Of a stretch of DNA of 39,649 nucleotides, positions 39,583-39,649 are shown piece by piece; position 1 is the stretch's first letter; the number at the start of each line of letters is the position of its first letter. A model generated the notes under the pieces. That model saw only the letters and a program-made list of their open reading frames with translations. It was not told the DNA's origin and made no database searches. The stretch lies in the IMG/VR virus record IMGVR_UViG_3300045988_106623; one strand, 5' to 3'. The translations under genes and the position numbers were made by a program. The stretch comes from a virus.

Positions 39583-39649
39583 AACCCTCAGAAACGTTGG
39601 AATCACGCCATTCCCGTGAATGGTGGTTCTTCAGCAAGTTGAAGGACGC
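39579..39649 (+). other. Short ORF starting on the int stop (ATGA) and running through the att core. In the circular phage it would read MKPSETLESRHSREWWFFSKLKDALS*
   Basis: ATG at 39579..39581. The frame matches the FFSKLKDA reading of the core and runs off the window end. Confidence 0.35.
39627..39649. repeat. attR core (direct repeat of 1..23)
   Basis: Identical 23-mer. The window ends here, so the true repeat could be longer. Confidence 0.8.

Larger units (their letters stand above)
1..39649. mobile_element. Integrated temperate siphovirus-like prophage (HK97-type head, long non-contractile tail, lysogeny module) bounded by 23-bp direct repeats
   Basis: Full set of phage modules in canonical order. 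Identical 23-mers sit at both window ends and a tyrosine integrase lies next to the right repeat. Confidence 0.85.

Noticed and set aside
1-39649. Diversity-generating retroelement, retron or other RT-based system as the source of RBP variation
   Set aside because: No reverse-transcriptase-like ORF or template/variable repeat pair was seen. RBP variation is explained by the recombinase and its repeat sites.

Overview
The window is one complete integrated temperate siphovirus-type prophage of about 39.6 kb. It is high in G+C. An actinobacterial, Bifidobacterium-like host is my inference only. The window begins and ends with the same 23-mer (1..23 = 39627..39649), which I read as attL/attR. The core lies in the last codons of a + strand protein-coding gene.

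Nearly all phage genes are on the minus strand. From right to left the layout is:
- Integrase (38407..39582, +).
- A GNAT acetyltransferase with a coupled small ORF.
- A visibly lower-G+C lysogeny operon on the + strand: XRE-type repressor, ImmA/IrrE protease, membrane protein, lipoprotein.
- A divergent switch region with two ACAAnTTGT palindromes.
- Early genes: three HTH_17-type proteins, Bro-N antirepressor, RusA, Cas4-like PD-(D/E)XK nuclease, a frameshifted Gln-rich gene, and a prim-pol/helicase followed by an iteron cluster.
- A small + strand cassette and an atypical tRNA-like gene.
- Packaging and structural genes: HNH, TerS, TerL, portal, protease, HK97-type capsid, head-tail genes, major tail protein, G/GT chaperone, tape measure, Dit, Tal-like protein and receptor-binding protein (RBP).
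- A distal Ig-like/CBM-like locus, then a signal-peptide GH25-LysM endolysin and a holin.

The most interesting observations are:
1. A four-cassette shufflon, with a tyrosine recombinase on the opposite strand, that can swap the RBP C-terminus.
2. A recurring split Big_2 (Ig-like) domain. N-terminal halves end one tail-locus protein and a capsid extension reachable only by a -1 shift. C-terminal halves begin two separate CBM-like proteins. This suggests a domain-complementation docking system.
3. The same ACTGGGAAAA slippery motif at the tail chaperone G/GT site and 4 codons before the capsid stop.
4. Two homologous G8 tracts. One opens a 21-nt window that fuses two ORFs in the -1 frame.
5. 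A perfect 16-bp tandem duplication that frameshifts an early gene.
6. Candidate integrase arm-type repeats on both sides of the att core.
7. A duplicated leader and first-codon block in front of the endolysin and another late gene block.

All functional calls rest on motifs I recognise by eye and on gene order. No database search was possible.
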